Assembly: GCA_951406725.2 (NCBI GenBank) | Contig: OX597824.1 | Coordinates: 97,836,001 to 97,900,000, forward strand | Length of the DNA stretch: 64,000 nt | Reading direction: 5' to 3' | From: Octopus vulgaris | Lineage: Eukaryota | Translations under genes and position numbers: made by a program | Part shown: piece after piece, positions 1 to 12,919 of the stretch | Layout: each line of letters begins with the position of its first letter | Numbering within the stretch: position 1 is the first letter of the stretch | Notes under the pieces: generated by a model | Databases searched by the model: none | The model's input: the letters and a program-made list of their open reading frames with translations, nothing else | Told to the model about the DNA's origin: nothing

Positions 1-106
1 CACTGTGCAGCACCTTAGTCAACTGTTTTCGTCTACCTTAGCCCTGGGCCGACGATTGCTTTATGAGTGAGCTTGGTAGTCGCAAACTGTGTGGAAGCCC
101 ATCGTT

Positions 107-148
<42 letters not shown>

Positions 149-350
149 CAGACATATGTGTGTGTGTGGACATGTGTTTGTGTTTCTGTTTCTCCCCATC
201 ACTGCTTGACAACTGGTGGTTTGTCTACGTCCCCGTAATTTAGCGGTTCGGCAAAATGGGATCGATTGAATAAGTTCTAGACTTAAAGTATTTGATTGTT
301 TTTTTTTTGTTCTGCTAAACGTTTCAAGGCGCTGCCACGGCTGCAGTTTA
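1..350 (+). mobile_element. SINE (5' part cut by the window edge), diverged member of the most abundant family here
   Basis: Similar to the copies at 44505-44675, 54960-55460 and 63340-63630 (motifs gggccgac..., cttgacaac..., tagcggttcggcaaaa). Confidence 0.75.
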
Positions 351-929
351 AGGACTGCTACAGGTATAAAGAAAAGAAAGAAAACCTTATTATTAAAGCA
401 TTTTTATACATTTTTTACTTTGAACATTTTCCCGCCATAAAATTGTTATTTCATCCGTTTTACTCAGATAAAAAGATGAAAACCTGTTTTCTTCTTCATT
501 AATTAGTGGCAATAAAATTTCAAAGGGAAAATAACTTGAATGGAAAAGAATTTTTCTCTATATTTGAGATTTCTATTTGTTATTTTTTATATTTTTCTCC
601 AAAATGTATTTAATAATTGTAAAATAACCGTTTAATAACATACAAAATTCTTAATTTCATTTCAAAATTTAAATTTGCACGCAAGAATGTACTTTGCACA
701 TTCTAGTGTGCAAACTAAGTCACTTTCCCTGAAATAAATCTCAACTTAACCCTTGCTTGTCCGAATTGGTTTCATAAGTCCGTCCTAAATGTCTATGCTT
801 GTTTTCAAACATTTAGTCAGCCATTGGTTCACATATTCTGAGTAAGATAAAACTTTCCTTTCATAAGTTCCATGTTACTTCGGTGGTTGAGGAAAATTTG
901 AGAATGTTAATCATATGTGATGTTTGTTG

Positions 930-1233
930 TTGATTGTTCCTTCTCGAGCCATGCCTGGCTCAAAGGGCCGGTTTCCCGGTTTCCTTGGCGTATAGGTTCC
1001 CCACCTGGACGGGACGCCGGTCCGTCGCAGGTGAGCTGCAAGATGCAGGAGGAAAGAGTGAGAGAAAGTTGTGGCGAAAGAATCAGCAGAAGTTTGCCAT
1101 TACCTTCTGCCGGATCCACGTGGAGCTCAGGTGTTTCGCTCATAAACACACACATCGCCCGGTCTGAGATTCGAACCCGCGATCCCTCGACCGCGAGGTC
1201 TGCAGCTCTAACCAATAGGCCATGTGCCTCCAC
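930..1233 (-). mobile_element. tRNA-derived SINE (head B + tail U)
   Basis: A box TGGCCTATTGG and B box GGTTCGAATC. Body shared with 33321-33515 and 40484-40858. Ends in a (CAA)-rich tail. Confidence 0.85.
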
Positions 1234-1589
1234 TAATCATTGTGATACGTGGACATCAAGGAAATACGTCCTGTGCATCGCATGAGAGACACAGGAGAAG
1301 CAAAAGTCTTAAAGAGAATTTGATAGTTTTATGTTGAACTGAATGCATGACCAACGATGTCGTTGCCTTAGTTTCAAAACGCATGGTCCTTAGTTCAAAT
1401 CCCTTGCTAGGCACCAACAACTCAGAAGCACTGATTTATTGATGTACTCCTCAAACCAGGAATAGCCTTAAGCCAATACAAAACATAGATATGTAATATC
1501 ACTAAACCACAAACAATAACAGCAACAACAAAAACAACAATAAATAAATAACAACGACAAAATATAAAGAACAAAAATTTCATTTCATT

Positions 1590-1656
1590 ATATATAAATA
1601 CTTTAATTAATATATATAACTATATCCATGTATACATATACATATATATATACATA

Positions 1657-1703
<47 letters not shown>

Positions 1704-2516
1704 ATATATATAAATAAATATATATATATGTATATATATATATATACAATATACATATGTTTATATATTTATATATTATATATACATATATATATATATA
1801 TTGTGTATATATATATATATATTATAAATATAAGCACATACATATATATATAATATACATGTATAATATATATATATACATACATAAATACATGCATACA
1901 TACGTGCTATATATATATATACATATACACTTATATAGCTATATACATATTTGATACAGACACAAAATAAATTGTTCCATTTTTCTGTGGATGAGGCAAT
2001 GTTTAAATTAAATATATACATGTATAAATCAGAGTTAATATATATCTATATACATACATATGCACGGGTATAGAAAGAGGTGTGAATGCGTTATATGTGT
2101 GTGAGTGGCAGGTACAATTGTTGTGTGTATAATTTTATGATTATATACAATTTATATAATGCATACAATGTATACATGCAGATATAGTAATGAGTGGTGG
2201 CTCAGTACGACTGCATGCTTGAAGGAGCACACACGTTTGTATTATGGTGTATATGTGTGTCTGTGTGCATTTAGTTGTGTAGACATGGTACAAATGCGGG
2301 TGTACGTGTGTGTGTGTGTGGGTGTGTGTGTGTGCGTGTGTATATGTGTGTATGTGTATATGTGTGTGATTTTTCTGTTTGTGTTCATGCGTAAATGCAT
2401 CAAAGTCTGCTGTCTCTAATAAGAAACACATTAACGTCTATATACATTTCATTTCCTAAGTATATACAACCCATTTATATATATATGTATGTATATATGT
2501 ATATATGTATATATAT

Positions 2517-2563
<47 letters not shown>

Positions 2564-2608
2564 CATACATATACATACATATATATATACATACACATAT
2601 ATATGCAC

Positions 2609-2664
<56 letters not shown>

Positions 2665-2689
2665 ATATATGTATATGTATATATATGTA

Positions 2690-2764
<75 letters not shown>

Positions 2765-2805
2765 ATGTATATGTATATGTATATATATGTATGTATATAT
2801 ATACT
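1590..2805. repeat. (TA)n/(TG)n/(TACA)n microsatellite field, representative of dozens across the window
   Basis: Directly visible. Comparable fields occur at 22640-22995, 24600-25010, 31620-31950, 50700-53380 and 55460-56335. Confidence 0.97.
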
Positions 2806-3066
2806 CACACAACCGTCAAAAGAAGTATTGAGTCCCAAATATTTAGTTGATGTCGTCATCAATCTCGATAACGTTGGTCTTTAATTGTTGTTTGTGTCTG
2901 TTTTCGATTTCTTTAAAAGAAATCGATTCTCTTGCGTTCCTTTTTTTTTTTATCGGAAACCATAAATGGTAAAAAAAAAAAAGTTAATAAAAAAAACATA
3001 TCAGTCCATTTCCAATCCGTGTACTCCTTTTACTTGCGTGAAATGCCGTACACTTTGAGTGAGGTA

Positions 3067-3072
3067 TTTATT
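3067..3072 (-). promoter_or_regulatory. Candidate polyadenylation signal of the GPCR
   Basis: AATAAA on the minus strand followed by U-rich tracts (A runs at 2971-2996 on +). Other AATAAA hexamers lie nearer the stop codon. Confidence 0.3.
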
Positions 3073-4555
3073 GCATCAGAATCAAAGTTTGAGTTGAGTT
3101 CTCCGTGATTTGTTCAAATCCTAAGAGCAAGACGTGACTGAGTATTTGCTCAGCATTTGAGCTACTCAGATCATCACGTTTGACGCTTCGGAAGTTGAGA
3201 TGTCACACTCATTGTCTGAGTTTAATGATTTTTTTTTTTTAAGTCAAGTCATTTTTCGTAAAGTGAAGTGATGAAAACGTTTGAGTGAGAGGTAATCCGC
3301 CGGTGTTCATTTATCGAGTGTGAGGTCACACTCAACAAATGAAACACGGAAACCATTGTGTAATTAACAGGCTGTTGCATTATTTGGCTGAGTGGATCAT
3401 ACTGAAATCTGTTGAGTGAAGTGTAACACTCACTCATCGATCGGTATGACAAAATGTCGTATTTTTCAAATGATATGCTGTGAGTGAAGCATTGAGTGGG
3501 ACTTGAAAATGTCCCGAGTAGAGATATTGCACAAATGAGTTTGAGAATTATTTCCGGTTCTAGCGTATTATGGGATACTACATTTTTTAATTACATTTTT
3601 CTTTCTTTTCTTTTTTTTACATTTCTATTGTTTGTTTTTTTTTTGTTTTTTTTTTATTTGATTTGTTTATTTTCCTCTTGAGTGCTGTTCTTGAGGTGAA
3701 AGATAGAGATTGGGTGATTGAAGAAACATAAGAATTATCATTATTATTATTATTATCACCATGTTCATTACCGTTATCGTCATCATTATCATATCCATCA
3801 TCGTCATCATCATCACCACCATCATCACGATGATCTAGCCTGCTGTATGTAGATGAGATAATTCAGTGCCGTGTATGCAATTACGTTTGTGTCATTTCGA
3901 ATTCGCTTCCAGCACCGTCTCTGTCCCACCGCGAACACACCACTCACACCTCAGCATCCCTTCCTCTTATTCATCAATCAACTTCTTTCCCCGTCTCTTA
4001 TTTTATTCACCTCCTTCGACGCATATACATACATTCTCTTTCTTTTGTTCGCTTCTTCCCCCGTTTCTTCTTTCCTCACAATTATTACATCTTATGGAGG
4101 TCCTTTCTCTGAACTTCATCATCTTGACGAGAAATTCAGTTCGCTGTTTAAACCCGGAATTTGTCAAGTTCTGTGGATGCGGCTGTTTTTAAAGTGCCGA
4201 GCCCTTAGGCGTTCTCACACAAACGAAGGATCCCATGCAATCTGACAGTCTTCGACTTATTTCTTTATTCTTTTATATTCCTTCATTGCCAAATTAAAAT
4301 TGGTTTTGTTGATTCCGTTGTCGGTGTTGATGACATTCTTGCTGACTTTTATTTGGTTTTCTTGTCTTGTGTTCGTTTATTATTTTTTTTTAATATTTAT
4401 TCTCATAGACTTTCTTTTCCATTTCGTTTCTCAGTTCCGGATAATATTTTGGAACTTTTTTTCTGGAGGAAATTAAACTTAAAAGTGAAAAATGGTAAAA
4501 ACAATAATAATTACAATCATAATATTAATACTAATGATCAATCTATAGAAGCAAT

Positions 4556-5773
4556 CTACGGGTAACCACTTCGTTTTCTTCGTCGGAAGAGCTTGCAGAC
4601 TTCTTCACGGACTCTGTCATTGACGATTCCATAAACGATTGGATTGCTGGCGTTACCCACTAAAAACAGGTATCTCAATATAAGGCTGTTTGTGATGCTG
4701 AATATATCCAACCAGAATGGCACCCAAGCCACGATGTAGATGATAGTACAAAGGAACAACATCTTAGCTGTCCTGTTATGATGCATCGAACGTCTTTTGT
4801 CGGAGAATTTTCCATGTGTTTTGCACGACTCGTTGCCTTTCGTGCTTTTCCTGTCGCCGTTCGAGGACAGCGGCGGTGTCGGGGATTGAACTCCCGAATC
4901 AACATCGGAATCAACGGATGGTGTGAGTTTGCGGGCGTTGTTCAGAGTGCAGCCTGTCGAGTCTGACATTTCGTCGAAGTATTTCTTCTTTTCCGTACCA
5001 ACGCTTGGTGTAGAGCGATCAGAGCTGCTGTTGCTACTGCTAGAACTGGTCGGTATTCCGAGAGGGTTGGACAATTTCTTCCTGAGCTGAGCTTTCTTCC
5101 ATAATTTCGTGTAGATGAGGGTATAAAGTACAACGATACTGAAGCAGGCGAGCCCGTACGACATACTCAATAAAGCTTGGTAAGAGCGGGTTCCGATTTC
5201 TCCGAGGTAGGACATAGTGAAGTGACAGAAGGGCGGGTTTCGAGTATTGATAATATCTTCGGTACAATTACCGCTGTTGATTTTATAAGGACCAGGAACA
5301 ACGGCGAAAATAAATACTGACGGAATGGCCAAAACGACGCTAATAACAACGATGACTATCATACCTTTGTTGACCTGTGACAGGCTTAAGCGTCTGGTTG
5401 GTCGGCGCACGGCGACGCAGCGTTCCAGAGCAATGGCCACGAGCGAAGCGTTCGACGCCATGATGCAGAAATGGCGGACAACTTCGAAACTGTGACAAAT
5501 AGCGTCGGAAGTAACACCGCGAAGCTCGTACACGATCGTGTAGGGCATGACAAACATGCACACACATAGGTCGAGCAGCGCTAACACTCGGATAAACGTG
5601 CTACTCGATTTGCGATCTTGTTTCTTCAAGTAAACAATTAGAATTAGGACGTTACCCACAGTGCCAACCAGAGCGTAAAGGGAGATAATCACCGATAGAA
5701 TATATTGTTCGAGAGTCCAGTCCGAATATGTGACGGTCATATTGCATTTGGTGTCCATTGTGTGGATATCCAT
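4556..5773 (-). CDS. Class A (rhodopsin-like) G protein-coupled receptor, peptide-receptor-like orphan, 405 aa, uninterrupted CDS
   Basis: Seven hydrophobic segments with class A signatures: TM1 GN (VGNVLIL), TM2 LAxxD (LALLD), TM3 ERC (DRY-like), TM6 AWVP (CWxP-like), TM7 NPIVY (NPxxY). Cys at the top of TM3 and in ECL2, N-terminal NMT sequon, long Ser-rich ICL3. The ATG is in good Kozak context (ccacaATGg). Confidence 0.96.
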   Translation of the reverse strand: MDIHTMDTKCNMTVTYSDWTLEQYILSVIISLYALVGTVGNVLILIVYLKKQDRKSSSTFIRVLALLDLCVCMFVMPYTIVYELRGVTSDAICHSFEVVRHFCIMASNASLVAIALERCVAVRRPTRRLSLSQVNKGMIVIVVISVVLAIPSVFIFAVVPGPYKINSGNCTEDIINTRNPPFCHFTMSYLGEIGTRSYQALLSMSYGLACFSIVVLYTLIYTKLWKKAQLRKKLSNPLGIPTSSSSSNSSSDRSTPSVGTEKKKYFDEMSDSTGCTLNNARKLTPSVDSDVDSGVQSPTPPLSSNGDRKSTKGNESCKTHGKFSDKRRSMHHNRTAKMLFLCTIIYIVAWVPFWLDIFSITNSLILRYLFLVGNASNPIVYGIVNDRVREEVCKLFRRRKRSGYP

Positions 5774-6714
5774 TGTGGCAAATGGTTGCAGCTTTTGTTC
5801 AATTCACAAGTCGAAGATATTTTTTAAAAAATTAATTTAAATTTCAAATCCTTGCAGGAAAGTCACTCGAGTAACTTAAACACTCGGCGTTTGTAGCAGT
5901 AGTAGTAGTAGTTGTTGTTGTTGTTGTTGTAGAAAGTTTCTTCAAAGTAATATCTCAAATATGGAGAGAAATATGATGTTCTCACAATCCTTCTTAGGTT
6001 CTTTAAATCTTCTTTGTTTTAATTAAAATATTTATTCAGTGACAACGTAGGAGAGATCGAGAACGTATTGCATATGTAGGTATGATAAATCTATTTTCTT
6101 ATTCGTCATGCAAATATCTTTAAGTCATGAATGTCTGCGAGTGTGTGTGTGTGTGTATTGGGATGCATGCACAAAAAGAAATGACTAACGTGTCTTAAGT
6201 TAATGTCTGAGTACGTGTGTGTGTGTGTGTGTTGTGTTCTCTGTTCTCTTTTCTTCTTCTCCTCGTTTCTAGTTGTTGGGGATGATTTTGCTGACGAATT
6301 TCTTCGATCTTTTTTTTTTAGTCAAGTTCAAGAATAAAATTCCACGTAATTTACTTGAATCATAGATGTATCGATCCTATATCGATTGATATATTTGCAA
6401 TTATTTGAGTCAAGTTATTGTTTAATTTATCGTTTTTCTTTCTTTCTTTCTTTTGAAATAATTCATAAACAAATTTCAACAAAATACTCCAACAAATATT
6501 ATTCCTGTTATTATTTTTGTTATTATTAATTTCTTCATAAAATATATTCAACGGTTATTATTGTTGTTGCTGTTGTTGTTGTTGTTGTTGTTGTCGCTGT
6601 AGATATTATTCCAAGGAAATTCTTCTAAATATTCTTCAATCGAACTTTAACCAAACCAACAGTTAAATTCCAGAATTCCAGGAAGGTTAAAGAATGAAAG
6701 AAATTATATTCTCT

Positions 6715-6862
6715 CTAAAATAAAAGAAAAAAGCAATTAAATATATATATATATATATTTACGTGTACATGTATAAGTATATATATGTGTGTGCGTGCGA
6801 GTATATATATATATATTTACTTATGTGTCTATGCGTAACTATATCTAGATGCACGTGTATAC
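6715..6862 (-). other. Putative intron in the GPCR 5'UTR
   Basis: Minus-strand donor CAG|GTATAC at 6862 and acceptor CTTTTTTCTTTTATTTTAG| ending at 6715, enclosing (TA)n-rich sequence. Confidence 0.5.
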
Positions 6863-7269
6863 CTGAGAGAATTAATAAAAATAAAATAGCTCCAGGAAAT
6901 ATTGGAAATTAACAATTCTATGTATTCCAGTAGTAGTAGTAGTAGTAGTAGTAGTAGTCCTAGGAATTGGTCCCGAACGTTTCGGACAATTTCCTTAAAC
7001 GCTTTATAACGCTGTTGCTCTGTCCGAGTGAAACTGTTCGACTGAGGTGGTCAGCAGTTTCTGAGACCAACTTGTGATAAAGACGAGGACTGGTCAACTG
7101 GTCAAGCAATCAAAATTTAGTGACTGGTGGTGTACAGCAGCCGTGGTCACTAATAACGCAAGACACACGTCATCGAGAATAAATGTCATCAATTAAACAA
7201 GAGGGATAAAAAAAAAGACACAAACAACCAATAATAATAATGATAATAATAATAATAATAATAATGATG

Positions 7270-7312
<43 letters not shown>

Positions 7313-7318
7313 TAATTA

Positions 7319-7349
<31 letters not shown>

Positions 7350-7367
7350 AAGAAGAAGAAGAAGAAG

Positions 7368-7404
<37 letters not shown>

Positions 7405-8000
7405 GCAGTAGTAATACAACTGCTACTGATAAAAACAAAAAATATAAATAATAACAGTTATGAGAGTGATAATATGTCTACTTTAAGCCCCTTATATTGA
7501 AGTGCAATATCTATTTAGCCACTTCCTGAATGGTCACTTCCGGTCTCAACCTCGTTGTACATTTTTTAAGGTTTAAACTTCATATTTTTTCTTAATTTGT
7601 TCGTTGTTCTTTTTTTGTGTATTTTGTTCTGTTGTTGGTTTGTTTTGCATTTGTTTATTTCTCAGATTTTTACATTTTTTTCTCACGTAATTATTATAAT
7701 TCCCTTTTTGCTTCTTACTTTCCTTCTTTCCTTCTTTCTTTCTATTTCTTTAACTTAGATATTTCTCACATTCTTCTCACTCCCCCCCTCTCCTTCTTGC
7801 TACCTTTCAATCCGTCTGTCTGTCTGTCTGTCTGTCTATTTCCCTATCTGTATGTATGCATCTGTTTATCTAGCTGTCTGCCTGTCAGCCGGTCTATTTA
7901 TTTATTTATTTGCCAATCAATCAACCAATCAAGCAGTCAATCAACCAATCAATAATCTCTCGCTCTCTATCGATCTATGTGTGTGCGTGTGTGTGTGAAT

Positions 8001-8323
8001 GCGCGTGGCTTAGTGGTTAGGGGCATTCAGCTCACGATTGTAAGGTCGTGAGTTCAATTCCCAGCGAGGCGCTGTGTCCTTGAGCAAGACACGTTATTTT
8101 CACGTTGCTCCAGTCCACTCAGCTGGCAAAAATGAGTAGTACCTGTATTTCAAACGGGCCAGCCTTGTCATACTCTGTCTCACGCTGAATCTCCCCGAGA
8201 ACTACGTTAAGGGTACACGTCTCTGTGGAGTGCTCAGCCACTCGGATGCTAATTTCATGAGCAAGCTGTTCTGTTGATCGTATCACCTCCTGGGATTCAC
8301 GGTGTTGCAACAGACGGAGTGCT
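8001..8323 (+). mobile_element. tRNA-derived SINE (head A with CORE-like block + tail T)
   Basis: A box TGGCTTAGTGG, B box GAGTTCAATTCC, block GTGTCCTTGAGCAAGACAC. The 3' half matches 40484-40660. Confidence 0.85.
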
Positions 8324-8331
8324 CTAATATA

Positions 8332-8424
<93 letters not shown>

Positions 8425-8716
8425 TATTTGTTTATTTATTTATTTATATATATATATGTATATATATATATCGGTCGATATCTATCGATCTAACTACTTA
8501 TCTGTCTATTTATTTATCTAACGGTCTATCTATGTCTATATATTTCTCTATCTATCTATCTACCTGTCTATTTATCTGTCTGTCTGTCTGTCTATCTCTC
8601 ATGATTTCTTCCTCATACAACACCCTTTCCCTCCCTTTCTCTTCCTCCTTTTGATCTTCCTTCTATCTTTTCTCTTTATCTCTTCGTTTCTCACAGTCTT
8701 ACTTTCTCCTTCAACC

Positions 8717-8747
<31 letters not shown>

Positions 8748-9934
8748 TATCTATCTATCTATCTATCTATCTGTCCCTCACCTTTAAAAGTGAATGTCTC
8801 CTCTTAAATGCATCAAGTCCCACCGCCACACCCACCTCCCCAACAACAACATCCCCACCCTCAGCAGCTCATGGTCATCCCTAAATAGCCATCAAATACT
8901 TACGCAGGCTGGACGTTTCTCAGACCTATCACCAGCACAGATGAAGCTGTTTGTTTCTTTGGTAATAAACGACTGGTCACCGACTTTGTAGGCACCGGGG
9001 GTCAGCCAATTGACCTTTCAGGGTACTTCGCTCACAAAAACAATCTCAAAGCTATTAGCAATTTAATTGGATGGCCATTTAGCTTAGATCTTGCTCTTGT
9101 CCTCCTCCTCCTCCTCCTCCTCCTCGTTGCTGGTGTTGTCGTTGTTTGTGGTGTTGTTGTTGTTGTTGTTGTACTGGCTTTTAGCGCTGGGGATAGGGTG
9201 GGGGATGTGTTTCTGAAAACCTTACACTCTTGCCTCTTTTTGTTGTTTGTATTTATGTTGTTTTTGTAGATGTTGTCTTTTTGCTGTATATTGATGCTAC
9301 ACTAGTAGCAGTAGTTGTTGTTGCTGCTGCTGTTGCTGCTGCTGCTGATGATGATGATGAGGATGATGATGAGGATGATGATGATGATGATGATGGCGAC
9401 GAGATAGAAGGCGAAGTTGTCAAATGATTTTACTTGTTATGAATCCGTTGGTGTTGGTGATACGATCGGTGCTGTTGGTGGTGGTGTGCTGCAGCTAGGT
9501 CTGGCTCTGATACTGGTTCCGATAGAGGATCGCAAGTGCATCAATGCACCGGCTCGTCTTTAAACGTCAAAGAGAGTGAGACAGGAGAGGGGGTAGGAGG
9601 GAGATGAGGAAGAGGAGGAGGAGGGTGTGGTCAAATAGTGATCTGTGACGTAATTGTGATGTGGTCAACCGTTTCCAAAATATGCAAGGTGTGGACAGAA
9701 GCAGCAGGTGACTTGAGTTAATAAGTCCAGTGTTCAGTGGTCACTCATCAAGTGGTCAAGCCTAGAAAAAAAAATAAATAAAAAATAATTTAATCAAAAT
9801 ACTGTGCAGATGTAAACATAATTATGCATATATAACTCTGTATATATGTATATTATATACATACATACATACATAGTACATATATGTATGTATGTATGTA
9901 TGCATGTGTTTTATTTATTAAATTGATATTATAC

Positions 9935-10002
<68 letters not shown>

Positions 10003-10754
10003 ACAATTATATTTCTAATTACGGACAAAAGTACATACATATACACATGAATATATGTATGTATAATGTATGTATAATGTGTGTATACATCTGTGTATAG
10101 ATATGTTTGGACAGAGCGACATAGGTGTGAAAGCTGGAGTATCAAAATTAAGTTAATTGCTAAGTGGATATATGTAAGAAGATAATTAGCAAACAAATTA
10201 GTAAAGTTCTTGTAATAAACACACAACCGACGTGACTCAGCCACCCCCTCTTCTAGCACTGGTTACCACCAACATGGCACCGACAGTCTCGAGATCACTC
10301 ACATCCACTTGAGATATTTTCGGTTTTAAAGCCATCAAACGAATTTCTACTAAAGCAATCGACCTGCGAGAAATAACAACCATTTCTTCTCCAAAGTGCA
10401 CTCTACCTGCTCGTTTCGTAGGTTGTGCGGTGGTGGTGGTGGTGTGGGGGTGAGTGTTCATCAGTATTGCTCAGATGAAAGAGCTGCGCATACGGGTCAT
10501 TCTAGACCCTATGAGAAAGGGATTTCCGAGAAAAACTTAGCAGCAAGACGGAACCATGTCTCTGGATCTCAGGATGGAGGTCCTCTTAAAATTCAAGGGT
10601 TACGACAGTCGTTGGGATGCTTTGGGGTTCTTTTTATTTTCCCCTTTTTTTTTTTTTTTGAAGGGAGATGTCCAGTATGTTGTAAGGACTCCTCTTTGGC
10701 CTCCCGAATTTAATGTCACGACTGAACTCCCTCCTGATCTTGATGGGTCTTGCT

Positions 10755-11270
10755 CCAAGACCTGTGAGTTTGACTTCGTTAATGTTCCTCTTGAATCGTT
10801 GCAAGACAATGAAAGAAAAAAACAAACCTACAGAAACAGGGAGAGAATTCCTAAGAATGGATGTTCTTGAAAGGAAAGGATTGGGCGTAGGGATTAGTGT
10901 GGGCCATGGCGGGAGAGGAAGAGAGACAAGTAAATCAAGAATACCCGAGTGAAAGTGGCACGAGATCAAGAAAGTGAGGAAGTGGGATGACAGGGAAAGA
11001 GAGAGAGACATCACGGTTATCATCCAGAGTTTGGAATGTGTTGGTGAGTGACTTGGTGCTACTTACTGAGGCAGCTTTGGTGACGATAGATGGCGCTAGG
11101 CGTAGGGCCGCAGCAGCAACACTGCTCAAGATACAGCCGGAGGGTGAGTTGCCGTTGGGAAATATAGCAGTCTCTGGAATGCGTGGGAATAAAGGGCATA
11201 TGCGCAAAAAGACAGGATGGCCACAGTTGGGACGTCTTTGGTTATAGGTCCTCGGGATCAGTGCTGCTTG
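10755..11270 (-). mobile_element. Degenerate 3' end of a CR1/Jockey-group LINE ORF2
   Basis: Frameshifted peptides [16 protein letters not shown] and FLSRTSILRNSLP...LQRFKRNINEVKL resemble the conserved LINE C-terminus (FFPRT..LWNSLP...FK..IN). Confidence 0.6.
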
Positions 11271-11334
11271 ATGGTAGTGGTGGTTGTGGTGGGTTAAAGA
11301 ACTGAATACATATGTCCACTCACAAAATATACAG

Positions 11335-11387
<53 letters not shown>

Positions 11388-11455
11388 CAGACAAGGTATA
11401 TTACTGCGCGTACAGAAATAAATATTTATATATTCACGCACATACACGCGCGCGC

Positions 11456-11496
<41 letters not shown>

Positions 11497-12878
11497 CATA
11501 CACACTCGCACATACATCAATCCATCCATTCATCTATACATACATATACACACACGTACATACATACATACATACATACATACATACATACATACATACA
11601 TACATACGTATATACATACATACAAACATACATGCATACATGCATACATATATACATACATAGAGTACACACGGTATATACACAAACATTTGTATAAAGT
11701 TTGATGTTGTGAAGTTCACTGTCCATACATAAAAATCTGGACACACAATTGATTGTTGTTGACACATAACTGGTGTTGGTGGATTAAGGATTAAGGAGGA
11801 TTTAACGATGTGCAGTCGTTGTTGATCTTATTGTCTAGTCCCAGATCAGCCTTAATCGAGCTCAGCTCTGATCGAATATGTTACAGCCCCCATCATCAAC
11901 CTTTGTTTTTACTTTTTCTTTATATTCAGACGGCGTCTACCCTGGGGTACATTGCAATATAGCGTCTGTTTGTTCTCAAGATATGTAGGGTGCAGTTTGA
12001 GGGAGGTTCAGTTACTATTTCTAGCAGGCAACCATCTCGTAAATGGTTGTAGACTTAAGTAGTACGTTTGAGGGACTGCTTAGTTTATCCCTTTGGGACA
12101 GGGGAAGATTTTGCAGGGGTTAAGACAGAATAAACAAGAAGAGACAGATGGGTGGGGGCCGTTAGTTTACACGATGAATATGAGATGCTTTTATTAGAAA
12201 ACATACAACAAAACACATATAAAAGAAACATATCTTTATCAGTTTAATCTTAACCTTCATCCTTTCGACTTAATCCTCTTAATTCAAATGGAAATCCACT
12301 TTACACTATTTTTTCATGGCTTTCCTTCTCATTTCCCCAGTTTTGCTACTTTCAGTTTTTTCTTCTTTTTCTCTTCTTCTCTTCTTTTTTTTTCTGTCCC
12401 TAATCCTTTCTCGAAACCTTATTTATATATTCCTTCCCTCTTTCAATTATTTCTTCTCATTGTTGTTTATTTATTATTCATTTTGTTTGTTTCTTTGTCA
12501 CACGATATTCCTCTCTCCCCGGTTGTCCTCACTTTGCTGTCGCCATTTTTAAACAACTCTTCTATGGTGAATCAACATTTACAAATGGAAGCAAAAAACC
12601 AGAGTAAGCAAGATACACACACACACACACACACACGCACACACACTCACACACACACGCACACACACACACACACACACTCATACAGGACTGTACTCAC
12701 ACACGCGTCACACAAATACAAAGCGGCAGTCATAGGCACACATATATACACGAATATAAATCCACACATTCGTCCAAAAGACCAACGCAGTGAAGGGTGC
12801 ACAAACAAAAGAGAAAAGTACAGAGGACACAATTTATAATTTATTGGTGAATAGAATTTCACTTTATTGCTACTTGGG

Positions 12879-12919
<41 letters not shown>

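Noticed and set aside
1757-2884. ORFs rich in IY, HT or CV dipeptides, here and throughout the window
   Set aside because: They are translations of (TA)n, (CA)n and (TACA)n microsatellites that lack stops in several frames.
4675-5567. Short ORFs overlapping the GPCR in other frames or on the other strand
   Set aside because: Shadow ORFs of the real CDS with no recognisable motifs.
6963-6994. GAAACGTT inside a hairpin near the GPCR 5' end, as a hammerhead
   Set aside because: No CUGANGA core or stem II upstream on that strand.
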